Below, in pieces: positions 10,132-20,686 of a stretch of DNA of 64,000 nucleotides. Position 1 is the first letter of the stretch; each line of letters starts with the position of its first letter. Below the pieces are notes generated by a model, which ran no database searches, was not told where the DNA came from, and saw only the letters and a program-made list of their open reading frames with translations. The stretch comes from an uncultured Gammaproteobacteria bacterium (GTDB taxonomy: Bacteria; Pseudomonadota; Gammaproteobacteria; Thiotrichales; Thiotrichaceae): the NCBI GenBank assembly GCA_963760355.1, contig CAVXCT010000034.1:1311-65310 (forward strand), written 5' to 3'. The translations under genes and the position numbers were made by a program.

Positions 10132-10905
10132 TTATAGCTCAAATAGCCGATTAAAATTATCTGTCGAAACTTTAGCAATATGTGGATAGCTACAGCCGCG
10201 TAAGTCAGCCATCTTCTCTGCAACATGCTTCACATAGGCGGGTTGATTCGGTTTGCCACGTTTTGGTACAGGGGCTAACCACGGAGAGTCCGTTTCGATA
10301 AGAAACCTATCTTCAGGTACTTTCTTAGCTACTTCTTGTAACTCTTTGGCACTATTGAAAGAAACTATCCCTGAGAAAGAGATATAGAAATTAAGTTTCA
10401 TTGCTTGTTGTGCAGTTTCCCAGTCTTCTGCAAAACAATGCATGACACCCCCCACCTTTTGAGCATTTTCTTCCGCCAGGATACGTAACGTGTCTTCTTT
10501 GGCGGAACGGGTATGAATGATGAGTGGTTTCTGGGTTTTTATGGCTGCCCTTATATGCGTTCTGAATAGATCATGTTGCCAGGTCATATCGTCATCTTCG
10601 CATCTGAAATAATCGAGCCCTGTTTCCCCTATTGCAATAACTTCTTGGTGCTGAGTTAATTCCACTAACTCCTCAACTGTAGGAGCATACGAGTCTTGAT
10701 GAGTTGGGTGAACCCCAACAGAACAATAGATATTTGAATATTGTTGTGCCGGTTTCAATACGTCCTGGAAGTGTTCGGTATCAATACAAACACACAGAAA
10801 TTGGCTGACATCTGCTTCTTCAGCAACATCTACCATTTTCGAGAATTGGTTATCGAAAGGAGTTAAATCAATTTTGTCTAGATGACAGTGTGAATCGGTA
10901 AGCAT
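10132..10905 (-). CDS. TatD-family DNase
   Basis: DSHCHLD, GVHP, IGETGLD, IIHTR, GVMHCF, ETDSPWL. Confidence 0.93.
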   Translation of the reverse strand: MLTDSHCHLDKIDLTPFDNQFSKMVDVAEEADVSQFLCVCIDTEHFQDVLKPAQQYSNIYCSVGVHPTHQDSYAPTVEELVELTQHQEVIAIGETGLDYFRCEDDDMTWQHDLFRTHIRAAIKTQKPLIIHTRSAKEDTLRILAEENAQKVGGVMHCFAEDWETAQQAMKLNFYISFSGIVSFNSAKELQEVAKKVPEDRFLIETDSPWLAPVPKRGKPNQPAYVKHVAEKMADLRGCSYPHIAKVSTDNFNRLFEL

Positions 10906-11120
10906 TTTTAGAGAAATTAATAATTAAATAGCAATATAATAATATAGTAATACTATGGATTATTGCAATAATAAAACATAAGTTTACATACTTTAATTAA
11001 TTTAAATTAGTGGGATCAAATTAAATAACACAAAGTTATAATAGGTTATAGATCATTCGTCAAAATTAGTGTTTGTTTATGCTGATATTATCGGCGTTAA
11101 GAACCGGTGATAAGAATCGT

Positions 11121-11522
11121 TTAGTAGTTACGCACTAATGGTGGCACGTTTGCTCTATTGCCAAGCATTGTTTCAATGATTAACTTTACTTTGGCTTTTG
11201 TTGTACCGATAAACTGTATACCTAAACCTTCAGTGCCACGCTCACAAGATTCTGGCGCAATCCACATCACTTTCCCAGGAATTGCGAGTTTTTTATCTGT
11301 TGACTTAAGGTGCATTGAAACAATTATTTCATCACCAAAATTATAACTTTCACTTTTGGTTGGAACGAAGATAGCTCCTCCACGAACGAATGGCATAAAA
11401 CTAGAGTGTAAGGCTGCTACATCATTAAGCGGGAGTTTTAAAATTGTCCGCTGTGGTTGAACTTCTTCTTTTTTTACGGTTACAGCGATTGCTTTTTTTA
11501 TGTTGTCTTCTTGTGTGTCCAT
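11121..11522 (-). CDS. pilZ: Type IV pilus PilZ-type protein
   Basis: LHSSFMPFVRGGAIFVPT...GKVMWIAP...GLGIQF; holB-pilZ-tatD synteny. Confidence 0.85.
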   Translation of the reverse strand: MDTQEDNIKKAIAVTVKKEEVQPQRTILKLPLNDVAALHSSFMPFVRGGAIFVPTKSESYNFGDEIIVSMHLKSTDKKLAIPGKVMWIAPESCERGTEGLGIQFIGTTKAKVKLIIETMLGNRANVPPLVRNY

Positions 11523-11603
11523 AGTTACGCGTAGCTATATGTTTTTATAATTATTAGTAAGTAAGTTACTGAATATATTTGTTTTAGTTATCAGTCTTAA
11601 CTT

Positions 11604-12635
11604 CTATTTTCCTGCTTCTAACCATAACAGTAACATGTTTTCAATAAACATCAGAGTATTAACAGACGTATGGAGATACTGTTTTTGCTTGATCAGTTGT
11701 TGATAGAGCTGCCATTGTTTATTGGGTTTGATTTGAGTGAATAAAGATTGTTGGATTTGTTCGAATTTATCTGTTTCTTTAGTTACATTTGAATCAAAAT
11801 TAATAGCACCACATTGAGCTTGCTTTATAAGCAACTGTGACCAGGTAATTTGCCAATTGAGCAGAGAATCAATATCAGTTTTCTCCCATTTTTTTGCAGT
11901 AGTAACAACCGCTAAACTTTCGTTTACGATACCTGTTAGATCTTCAAGAAAACCTGATCTGGCAGATATATCATCGTCTGTAATATCCAATGCTTTTAAG
12001 GGTCTGGATGCTGCAATATTTAGTCGTAGTTCAGCTTGGCTAATTTCAGAGTAATTATTTTTCAACCAATCTAATGCCTGTTTTTTAGATGGGCTAGTTA
12101 CTGTTATTTGCTGGCATCGGCTTTTAATAGTCGGCAGGATTTTCCCTAGGTGAGAAGCAACGAGAATGATCACACTATTATTAGCAGGCTCTTCCAGCGA
12201 TTTGAGTAAGCTATTAGCAGCATTGTTATTCATGCGTTCTACAGGATTAATAATAGCCACACGGTGTGTATTAAAACTGCGGCTATAAGTTAAAAACTCA
12301 CTTAATTTACGTATTTGATCGACGCTAATTTGTTGTTTATCTTCGGGTAATTCGATTTTAGTATAATCAGGGTTGGCACCGGATTCGTATGTTTTACAGG
12401 ATTGGCATTGTCCACAAGCTTCAAATTGAACTGGTTGCATACAGAGTAAGGATTTAGCCATTTTTTTAGCGAGTATATGCTTACCAATACCGTCTTCTCC
12501 TACAAGCAATAATGCATGAGGTAAGTGGTTTGCTGTGCGCGCTTGTATAAAGTAGTTCCAGTTTTTTTCAAGCCACGGGTAACTAACAGTGTTTAGTTTT
12601 TTGTGATTCGCTGAGTGGCCGCTTGAATTTTGCAT
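11604..12635 (-). CDS. holB: DNA polymerase III delta' subunit
   Basis: HALLLVGEDGIGK, Cys cluster, NAANSLLKSLEEP, LPTIKSRC. Confidence 0.93.
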   Translation of the reverse strand: MQNSSGHSANHKKLNTVSYPWLEKNWNYFIQARTANHLPHALLLVGEDGIGKHILAKKMAKSLLCMQPVQFEACGQCQSCKTYESGANPDYTKIELPEDKQQISVDQIRKLSEFLTYSRSFNTHRVAIINPVERMNNNAANSLLKSLEEPANNSVIILVASHLGKILPTIKSRCQQITVTSPSKKQALDWLKNNYSEISQAELRLNIAASRPLKALDITDDDISARSGFLEDLTGIVNESLAVVTTAKKWEKTDIDSLLNWQITWSQLLIKQAQCGAINFDSNVTKETDKFEQIQQSLFTQIKPNKQWQLYQQLIKQKQYLHTSVNTLMFIENMLLLWLEAGK

Positions 12636-13279
12636 TACAGAATTTGACTCAACAAGTCATCAATTTGACTTTGAACAGTATTTAAATCGTACTGAGCATG
12701 AATTATGCGATACCGAGTTTTATTTTCTTCTGCCATCTTTAAGTATTCAGACCTGACGCGATTAAAGAAGTCGATATGTTGTTGTTCAAACCTATCTGCT
12801 TCACCCCTATTTTGTGCTCTTGCCAAACCAATGTCTGCATCAATATCAAATAGGAAAGTGTAATCTGGACGTAATGAACCTTGTACCAGGTTTTCTAATA
12901 CTTGTATGTTGTCTATGGCGATGTTTCTTCCAGCGCCTTGATAGGCGTAGGTAGCGTCTGTAAATCGATCACATAACACCCATTTGCCCTGCTCCAGAGC
13001 GGGGATAATTTTACGTTGCAAGTGCTCAGCGCGAGCAGCAAACATCAACAGTAATTCGGTATTGTGATGCATTTCCGGGAAATCTTTAGAGATAAGTAGT
13101 TCTCTAATAGCTTCACCCAACTCAGTGCCGCCCGGCTCTCTGGTCAAAAGTATTTCATGCCCTGCAGCTACAATATTTTCGGCGATATAGTCAATATTGG
13201 TCGTTTTACCAGCGCCTTCAACCCCTTCAAATGTGATGAATACACCATGATCTGCTTTTTTGGCTGTTACCTGAGTCAT
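12635..13279 (-). CDS. tmk: Thymidylate kinase
   Basis: FITFEGVEGAGKTT, TREPGGT, CDRFTDAT. Confidence 0.96.
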   Translation of the reverse strand: MTQVTAKKADHGVFITFEGVEGAGKTTNIDYIAENIVAAGHEILLTREPGGTELGEAIRELLISKDFPEMHHNTELLLMFAARAEHLQRKIIPALEQGKWVLCDRFTDATYAYQGAGRNIAIDNIQVLENLVQGSLRPDYTFLFDIDADIGLARAQNRGEADRFEQQHIDFFNRVRSEYLKMAEENKTRYRIIHAQYDLNTVQSQIDDLLSQIL

Positions 13280-14310
13280 TGACTCCCTTTATAACGATTA
13301 GCTTTGCCATCTAGCAGGTATTTGATAACGGCTTTTTTGTGTTCGGCATAGGTTTTGGAAAAGTGGGAATAACCATCACCCTTGGCAACAAAATATAACA
13401 TATCACCATCTTCTGGATTAAATGCTGCTTTGATTGAAGCTGCACTGGGGGTAGCAATTGGTGTGGGTGTTAAGCCTTTTCTGGTATAGGTGTTATAGGG
13501 TGTATCTTTGAGTAAGTCTCTTTTTCTAATATTACCTTGATATTTATCTCCCATGCCATAGATTACTGTTGGGTCAGTTTGTAGTAACATGCCTTTCTTT
13601 AGGCGATTGATAAAAACACGTGCTACTTTTCCTCGATCTTCAGGAGTTCCTGTTTCTTTTTCAATGATAGATGCCAGAATAAGCGCATCGTAAGGTTTCT
13701 TAATTCCCTTGAACGGTTTACGCTTTTCCCATTCGGACTTGAGTAATTTCACCATTGCATTATGACTACGTTGCAGAAATTGCAGGTCTGATGTGTTTTT
13801 CGGATAACTAAATGTATCCGGGTAAAACCAGCCTTCTGGTTTGTGGTGCTGATACTTGGTTTTAAGTTTGGACATGATGTTTTTATAATCATCATCAGTG
13901 AGTGTCTGTTTTAAGTTATTATCACTTTTAATTAAATCAACGATTTCACTGAATTTAGTACCTTCAGGAATTCTTGTTTGATATTGAATGGTCTTACCTG
14001 AGGCGAACAAAGTTAAAACATCACTCGGTGTCATATCTTTCTTAAGAGCGTATTCACCTGCTTTTATTTTACTATCTTGTTTGTTGAGTCTGGCAAGAAT
14101 TCTTAATAGAAAGGCTGGTTTAACAATTTCTTTTTGCTCTAAATTCTTGGCAACTATTTTTATGTTGCTGCCTTTTTTTATTTCAAAACTGGGTACATCG
14201 GTAGCCAGTTTTGAAGTTTTAAACGAATTAAATTGATTGAAGGCATAGAACGATGCTGCACCCGCAATTAGAAGAAAAAGAGGTAAGAACACTTTAAAAA
14301 AGAATCTCAT
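13276..14310 (-). CDS. mltG: Endolytic transglycosylase MltG (YceG)
   Basis: EGWFYPDT, ASIIEKET, LQTDPTVIYG, PYNTY; fabF-mltG-tmk synteny. Confidence 0.94.
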   Translation of the reverse strand: MRFFFKVFLPLFLLIAGAASFYAFNQFNSFKTSKLATDVPSFEIKKGSNIKIVAKNLEQKEIVKPAFLLRILARLNKQDSKIKAGEYALKKDMTPSDVLTLFASGKTIQYQTRIPEGTKFSEIVDLIKSDNNLKQTLTDDDYKNIMSKLKTKYQHHKPEGWFYPDTFSYPKNTSDLQFLQRSHNAMVKLLKSEWEKRKPFKGIKKPYDALILASIIEKETGTPEDRGKVARVFINRLKKGMLLQTDPTVIYGMGDKYQGNIRKRDLLKDTPYNTYTRKGLTPTPIATPSAASIKAAFNPEDGDMLYFVAKGDGYSHFSKTYAEHKKAVIKYLLDGKANRYKGSQ

Positions 14311-14413
14311 GTTTCCTCTCTATTTACTCTCTATCTACACTGGAAGAAGCTTAATAAGCTTCATGTAACTATTTGTTTTACAATAACTATCAAAAAATAC
14401 TTTGATAAATTGA

Positions 14414-15658
14414 TTAAACCTTTTTGAAGATTAATGTGCCATTTGTGCCGCCAAATCCAAATGAGTTGCTCATCGCTACATCTATTTTAGAATCACGAGC
14501 CGTATTAGCGACATAATCCAGGTCGCATTCTGGATCTTGGTTATCTAAATTAATCGTAGGTGGAAGAATCTGATAGCGAAGAGCTAACACACTAAATATA
14601 GCCTCGATACCACCTGCTGCTCCCAGTAAGTGGCCTGTCATAGACTTGGTTGAGCTGACTGCTACTTTTTTGGCATGATTGCCCAAAGCGAGTTTAATTC
14701 CATTGGTTTCAGCTACATCACCAGCAGGAGTAGAAGTTCCATGTGCATTGATATAATCAACATCTTCTGCATTTAGACCTGCATCTTTAAGTGCATGATT
14801 CATGCAGCGAGCTCCGCCCTCACCAGTCGCCAAAGGCGCACTCATGTGATAAGCATCACTGCTCATGCCAAAACCAGCCAACTCACAATAAATTTCAGCT
14901 CCACGGGCTTTAGCGTGTTCATATTCTTCTAAAATCAGCACACCAGCGCCATCGCCAAGGACGAAACCATCACGATCCTTATCCCATGGGCGACTTGCAG
15001 CTTCTGGGTCATCGTTACGCGTTGAAAGTGCACGCATCGCTGCGAAGCCACCTATTCCTAACGGTGTTGAACACATTTCTGCGCCACCACCCAGCATAAC
15101 GTCAGCATCACCGTAGCTGATCATGCGAGCTGCATCTCCAATACTATGTGTAGCTGTTGCACATGCTGATACAGGTGACATGTTATGGCCTTTTAAGCCA
15201 TGCATGATAGATAAGTTGCCAGCAACCATGTTAACGATGGTACTAGGAACAAAGAAAGGTGAAATCTTACGAGGACCGCCGCTTAAGAAGGCTTTGCTAT
15301 TCTTTTCAATTGAACCTACACCACCGATACCAGATCCTACAATAACGCCAATTCTCTCAGCATTCTCATCGGTTACTATTAAACCAGAATCAGTTAATGC
15401 ATCAGTACCAGCGCCAACACCATAATGGATAAATGGGTCCATTTTTTTCTGGTCTTTGGGTGTGATGTAATCAGTCGGATTAAAATCATCAACATTTCCT
15501 GCAATTTTCACAGAAAAGTCAGTCGCGTCAAATAAATCAGGTGATATCTTATTAATACCGCTTACACCTTCAATAATATTTTTCCAGGCTTTCTCTATTT
15601 GAGAACCTACTGGAGAAACAATTCCAAGACCTGTAACAACTACTCGACGTTTTGACAC
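14414..15658 (-). CDS. fabF: 3-oxoacyl-ACP synthase II
   Basis: [35 protein letters not shown]. Confidence 0.97.
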   Translation of the reverse strand: MSKRRVVVTGLGIVSPVGSQIEKAWKNIIEGVSGINKISPDLFDATDFSVKIAGNVDDFNPTDYITPKDQKKMDPFIHYGVGAGTDALTDSGLIVTDENAERIGVIVGSGIGGVGSIEKNSKAFLSGGPRKISPFFVPSTIVNMVAGNLSIMHGLKGHNMSPVSACATATHSIGDAARMISYGDADVMLGGGAEMCSTPLGIGGFAAMRALSTRNDDPEAASRPWDKDRDGFVLGDGAGVLILEEYEHAKARGAEIYCELAGFGMSSDAYHMSAPLATGEGGARCMNHALKDAGLNAEDVDYINAHGTSTPAGDVAETNGIKLALGNHAKKVAVSSTKSMTGHLLGAAGGIEAIFSVLALRYQILPPTINLDNQDPECDLDYVANTARDSKIDVAMSNSFGFGGTNGTLIFKKV

Positions 15659-15687
15659 TAGATAATCCTATTTTTGATAAAACAATA

Positions 15688-15750
15688 AAAAAAACCGCAG
15701 TGACTATAGAAGCTCAAGTAACTCTCAAGGCTAAATAGTTCTGCGGTTTT
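15688..15750 (-). terminator. Hairpin with U-tract between acpP and fabF (partial terminator or mRNA stabiliser)
   Basis: aaaaccgcag...ctgcggtttt 10-bp arms extended by gactat/atagtt; T-run follows on the minus strand. Confidence 0.55.
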
Positions 15751-15773
15751 CTCACAGCGTATGTGACTACTAA

Positions 15774-16010
15774 TTAACCTTGGTTATTATTTACGTAGTC
15801 AATCGCTAACTGAACTGTAGTAATTTTTTCTGCTTCTTCGTCTGGAATTTCAGTGCCGAATTCTTCCTCAAGAGCCATAACTAACTCAACAGTATCTAAT
15901 GAGTCCGCGCCCAAATCATCAACAAAAGAAGCTGCATTTGTAACTTCAGACTCATCAACTCCTAATTGTTCTACTACGACACCTTTAACGCGTGCTTCAA
16001 CATCACTCAT
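15774..16010 (-). CDS. acpP: Acyl carrier protein
   Basis: [21 protein letters not shown]. Confidence 0.98.
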   Translation of the reverse strand: MSDVEARVKGVVVEQLGVDESEVTNAASFVDDLGADSLDTVELVMALEEEFGTEIPDEEAEKITTVQLAIDYVNNNQG

Positions 16011-16125
16011 GATTCTTTATTCCTTTAATTTAAAAAAACGTATTATTACTGAATATACAATTAGACTATTGTAGAGAAATTCAAGGCTCTACACAATTAT
16101 ATATTACTGATAAATTCTCTATAAC

Positions 16126-16872
16126 TTATGACATAAACATGCCGCCATTCACGTGTAATGTTTCTCCTGAAATATAATCCCCCATATCTGAGGCTAAAAA
16201 CAGTACAGCATTTGCAATATCATCTGCTTGGCCTAATTTACCCAATGGAATATTTTTTAGTAATGTACTGCGCTGATCTTCAGATAATTCACGAGTCATA
16301 TCTGTATCAATTAAACCAGGCGCAACGACATTAACCGTAATCCCTCTGGATCCAATTTCTTGTGCTAAGGATTTTGAGAATCCAACCATGCCCGCTTTAG
16401 CTGCTGCATAGTTTGCCTGACCTGCATTACCGGTAGCACCGACAACAGAAGAAATTGAGATAATTCGCCCATTCCTTGCCTTCATCATTCCTCTTAAGCA
16501 GGCTTTGCTAAGTCTATAAACAGAAGTGAGATTAGTAGAGATAATGTCATTCCACTCTTCTTCTTTCATTCTTAACATCAAGTTATCACGTGTAATGCCT
16601 GCATTATTCACAAGAATCGTGATAACGCCAAACTCTGTCGTGATGTCTTTTATTAAATCGTCAATAGAATCAGTATCTGTTACATTTAATACTTTACCAA
16701 CACCATTTATATCTGCTTGTTTGAAGTAATCACTTATGGAATTGGCACCAGAATCACTAGTAGCAGTGCCGATGACGGTAGCACCAGCTTTACCAAGTGA
16801 TTCTGCAATTGCGCGACCTATGCCTCTGCTAGCACCGGTTACCAGAGTTACTTTTCCTTCTAAATTAATCAC
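16126..16872 (-). CDS. fabG: 3-oxoacyl-ACP reductase
   Basis: TGASRGIG, NNAGITRD, YAAAK. Confidence 0.97.
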   Translation of the reverse strand: MINLEGKVTLVTGASRGIGRAIAESLGKAGATVIGTATSDSGANSISDYFKQADINGVGKVLNVTDTDSIDDLIKDITTEFGVITILVNNAGITRDNLMLRMKEEEWNDIISTNLTSVYRLSKACLRGMMKARNGRIISISSVVGATGNAGQANYAAAKAGMVGFSKSLAQEIGSRGITVNVVAPGLIDTDMTRELSEDQRSTLLKNIPLGKLGQADDIANAVLFLASDMGDYISGETLHVNGGMFMS

Positions 16873-16919
16873 TTATTCTTCTCCTATTTTTTATATGCCG
16901 CTGGTGACCAATATTTATC

Positions 16920-17855
16920 TTATGTATTACAAGCTTCGAGTGCTTTATCTAAAGAAGCTGGGTCACTGACATAAAGACTACCGAGTGCTCGATTGATTCT
17001 TCTATTCAAACCAAACAAAACTTTACCAGGGCCAAACTCAATAATGGTATCCGCGCCTAGCGTCTTATTAAGACTTTTGATTGTATCTGTCCAGAACACA
17101 GGTTTGTAAAGTTGTTTCGCTAATGCTGCTTGTTTGTCAGCTGCAGATGCATAGCTTATCGCCTCGACATTCTGTATTACTTCAAACTCTGCATCGTTGA
17201 AGTTAGTGGCTAACAGGCTTGCACTTAATTGATTCGCAGCATCTTTCATTAGGCTGCAGTGCGAAGGTACACTTACTGGCAGTTTTATAGCGCGTTTAGC
17301 TCCTGCTTCTGATAATTTTTCAATCGCAACATCTACTGATGAAGTATTTCCTGCGATAACGACTTGACCAGGTGAGTTGAAATTAACAGCTTCTACAATA
17401 CCATCTGTTATCGATGAACAAATTTCAACAATTTGATTATCTTCTAAACCCAGGATAGCAGCCATCGCACCTTCACCAGCGGGAACCGCTTGTTGCATTA
17501 AACTAGCGCGTTTTGCGACGAGTTGCATAGCAGCTTTAAAATCTAGTACTCCTGAAGCTACTAATGCTGAATACTCTCCAAGACTATGACCCGCCATCCC
17601 GACTGGAGCACACCCCCCCACTTTTAGCCATAATTTCCAGACTGAAACACCAGCAGCTAACATCAGGGGTTGTGTATTTTCAGTTTTATTAAGTTCAGTG
17701 GCGTCTTCAGCTGTTGTCATTGACCACAAGTCTTTGCCAATTGCGTCTGAGGCTTCTTCAAAAGTCGCTTTTATTTCTGGGTATTCAGTTGCCAGTTCAC
17801 CTAACATACCGATTGCTTGAGACCCCTGCCCTGGAAAAACAGCTGCAAATTGCAT
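16920..17855 (-). CDS. fabD: Malonyl-CoA:ACP transacylase
   Basis: FPGQGSQ, GHSLGEY; start placed at MQFAAVF (17855). Confidence 0.95.
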   Translation of the reverse strand: MQFAAVFPGQGSQAIGMLGELATEYPEIKATFEEASDAIGKDLWSMTTAEDATELNKTENTQPLMLAAGVSVWKLWLKVGGCAPVGMAGHSLGEYSALVASGVLDFKAAMQLVAKRASLMQQAVPAGEGAMAAILGLEDNQIVEICSSITDGIVEAVNFNSPGQVVIAGNTSSVDVAIEKLSEAGAKRAIKLPVSVPSHCSLMKDAANQLSASLLATNFNDAEFEVIQNVEAISYASAADKQAALAKQLYKPVFWTDTIKSLNKTLGADTIIEFGPGKVLFGLNRRINRALGSLYVSDPASLDKALEACNT

Positions 17856-18145
17856 TTTAAATTCCTTGTGATGTAAAAATTCGCCCATATCATATAGCTA
17901 TTAGGTGATTATGCACACTCTAATATGATGAAGATGAAGATATTAATATTGAGTACATGATTTAAATGCATAAATTCAGTAGTACCCTTCTTATCAAAAT
18001 CTCCTAAAAAATCAGAACTTATATCAATTTTCTAACTTGTAAATACATGGTTAAGCTCTGGTCGTTTATAATAGGCAGAAATTACTTGTTAAATAGAGAG
18101 AGTAATGGATAATACGCCGTTTCCAAAAGGAACTAGTTTTACAGC

Positions 18146-18364
18146 ATGGCTAAAGAAGAAAGCATAGAAATGGAAGGAACAGTAGTGGAGACACTACCTA
18201 ATACTACATTCAAAGTTGAATTAGAAAATGGACATATCGTAAATGCCCATATATCTGGACGTATGCGTAAAAATTACATTCGTATACTAACAGGTGACCA
18301 AGTCACCGTTCAATTGACACCTTACGATTTGACTAAAGGCCGTATCACCTACCGTAGTAAGTAA
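18146..18364 (+). CDS. infA: Translation initiation factor IF-1
   Basis: [13 protein letters not shown]...[17 protein letters not shown]...GRITYR. Confidence 0.98.
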   Translation: MAKEESIEMEGTVVETLPNTTFKVELENGHIVNAHISGRMRKNYIRILTGDQVTVQLTPYDLTKGRITYRSK

Positions 18365-18456
18365 AATAGTATTCCAACTATATTGAAGTAAAGCACTTCC
18401 CTCCAAAGATTCTGATTCTTAAATACGGTATTTTTAGATAACTTATGTCTAGCAGA

Positions 18457-20223
18457 CTAAGTTTCTAGCTGATTTCTTTGTAATCGAAATTTTTGCGGAT
18501 AAGGGAATACATCTTCAAAAATACCATTTTTTATATTTTCCTGTTTTTGAATCCAGAAATCAGCATCGAGCAAATCAGCATGGTATTTCATGAATGCAGA
18601 TTTTATATGGTCATTGCCCAATAAAAAGCGTGCGAACTCCTCTGGAAATACATCATCAGGCCCAACGCTATACCAAGGTTCTGCTGCCATTAATTCTTGT
18701 GGGTTACGCGGTGCAGGGATTTTTCTAAAGTTACAATCTGTCAAATAGACGATTTCATCATAGTCATAAAACACCACTCTTCGTAAACGTGTGACACCAA
18801 AGTTTTTGAACAATAAATCTCCGGGGAATATATTTGCTGCACATAACTCTTTGATCGCATCTCCAAAAGAAAGAATTAGTGTATTAATATCTTCAATTCG
18901 CCCTTTACGCTCGGCTTCTTCTAATGCCATATTCAACGGTTGCATACGCCGTTCAATATATATGTGTTTGATGATGAGTTGCTTTATGCCTTCATTATCT
19001 TCAACGATACGAATACTGCTTTTACACGTGGTCTCAAGATCTTTCAATAAATCAGGTGTAAAACGATTCAAGGGTAATAAAACCTCTGAAAACTCCAGCG
19101 TGTCTGCCATTCTACCCACTCGATCATGCTGTTTTACTAATTGATATTTCTCTTCAACTTGTTGTCGGCTTATTTCTTTTGGGGGTGCGAAATGGTCTCG
19201 AATAAGTTTAAATACATACGGGTAAGAGGATAAAGTGAATACTGACATAACCATACCAGGTATACCGGGCGCGAGAATCAAGTCGTCATCCGAATAATCC
19301 AGGTGATGTAGGAATCCTCGGTAAAAGTCAGTCTTACCTTGTTTTTGATAACCAATTGCCGAATAGAGTCCTTCTTTTTTTCTGCGCGGCATAAGCTGCT
19401 GTAGAAAGCTGACTATCGCTGATGGAACAGGATGTTCTACCATAAAATAAGCGTATGAAAAACTGAATAATCTAGAGACTGAATCTTCTCCAATTAGTAA
19501 TGCATCGGTATAAATTCCGCCTTTTCCATTGTTTAATAAGGGAATGGCAAAAGGATATTCATCGTGGCCATTGATTGCCTTGCCTACTATATAGGCAGCT
19601 TTATTTCTATAAAAAAGCGCATTGATGACTTGATATTGGAAATTTAAATCTGCATCACGTTTACCATTTTTCGTATATTTACAGATGGATTTTGCCATAT
19701 GACGGCAATCACGATGGAAATTTTCGAATGGTATGGTTAATGTCGAATGATTCAGGATTAGTTTTATCGCTCTAAAAAAACTCGTGTTAGCCGGATAATA
19801 GGCCTCGTACGTCGTTACATCAGAATCGATGTATTCGGTTGCCACAGAACTTCTTAAAAATATATTTTGGTTGGTATAGAATTCTCGCGGAAATATTCGA
19901 CAGAAAACAGAGTTGAAAAAAGTTTCTGCAAGCTCTGGTTGTTGATGGTTTTGCAATAAAAGAATGAAGTGCCCTTTTACCTTTTTCCAACAGTTATCAT
20001 CAAATGATTCTGGTTTCGTGTTAAAACTATCTGTTAAATATTTGACTGTTTCTCTAACACGGGAATCATAAAATTCTATTCTTTGACGCGACGCTTGCCT
20101 GTCAGCTTTCCAGTCAGCTGTTTCAAATCGTTGTTGAGCACCCGCTGTAATTTCGGTAAATATTCTAAAGTGTTTGTCGAATCCTTTAAGGATTTTTTTG
20201 GCAATCGTTCTGGGTAGATTCAT
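18457..20223 (-). CDS. aceK: Isocitrate dehydrogenase kinase/phosphatase
   Basis: AETFFNSV, APGIPGMVM, HDRVGRMADT, NIFPGDLLFKNFGVT, VFYDYDE. Confidence 0.95.
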   Translation of the reverse strand: MNLPRTIAKKILKGFDKHFRIFTEITAGAQQRFETADWKADRQASRQRIEFYDSRVRETVKYLTDSFNTKPESFDDNCWKKVKGHFILLLQNHQQPELAETFFNSVFCRIFPREFYTNQNIFLRSSVATEYIDSDVTTYEAYYPANTSFFRAIKLILNHSTLTIPFENFHRDCRHMAKSICKYTKNGKRDADLNFQYQVINALFYRNKAAYIVGKAINGHDEYPFAIPLLNNGKGGIYTDALLIGEDSVSRLFSFSYAYFMVEHPVPSAIVSFLQQLMPRRKKEGLYSAIGYQKQGKTDFYRGFLHHLDYSDDDLILAPGIPGMVMSVFTLSSYPYVFKLIRDHFAPPKEISRQQVEEKYQLVKQHDRVGRMADTLEFSEVLLPLNRFTPDLLKDLETTCKSSIRIVEDNEGIKQLIIKHIYIERRMQPLNMALEEAERKGRIEDINTLILSFGDAIKELCAANIFPGDLLFKNFGVTRLRRVVFYDYDEIVYLTDCNFRKIPAPRNPQELMAAEPWYSVGPDDVFPEEFARFLLGNDHIKSAFMKYHADLLDADFWIQKQENIKNGIFEDVFPYPQKFRLQRNQLET

Positions 20224-20287
20224 GCTGTGACTATAGGATAACGATGTTCAATAAACAACAATTCTAGTCGTCTATACTCTCCATTCT

Positions 20288-20313
20288 ACCCCCCTACTTT
20301 AGTGGCATTTTTT
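20288..20313 (+). repeat. REP-like arm
   Basis: acccccctactttagtggcatttttt in the aceK/glcB divergent region. Confidence 0.75.
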
Positions 20314-20686
20314 ATCCAGTTTTATATAAGGATCTTATATATCTCTAATTAGTAGTAAGTCTATATTTCATAATACATGTAATGATAACTTTTGCTTTAA
20401 TATACCTGATTACTTTATTCAATCTTACTTGCACATAGTTCTAAATGAGCTAGTCTATGAAGTGTATAAAAGAATCTAAATTGAGATCTATGCATGGGAT
20501 TATGATCAGACAAAAATTAGCGTAATTGCATAAGTTTTTCTTAAAACTGAGTGGAATAGCATGGCTACTACTCGAATTTTTTGGGAGAACCTGGGTGATT
20601 CAAATAATTTTTACCCATCAACTTTCACTTGTTATAGATCTCTAATTAATAGATTACCTTTAAAAATTAACTATAAAGTATTTAAC

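Noticed and set aside
11121-11522. PilZ protein as a c-di-GMP receptor
   Set aside because: No RxxxR motif; the holB-linked PilZ type is a known pilus factor that lacks it.
20561-20686. N-terminal extensions in the ORF track for glcB (also fabD, argC, IMPase, ppnP)
   Set aside because: Family alignments begin at downstream starts; the extensions are AT-rich upstream sequence that happens to stay open.
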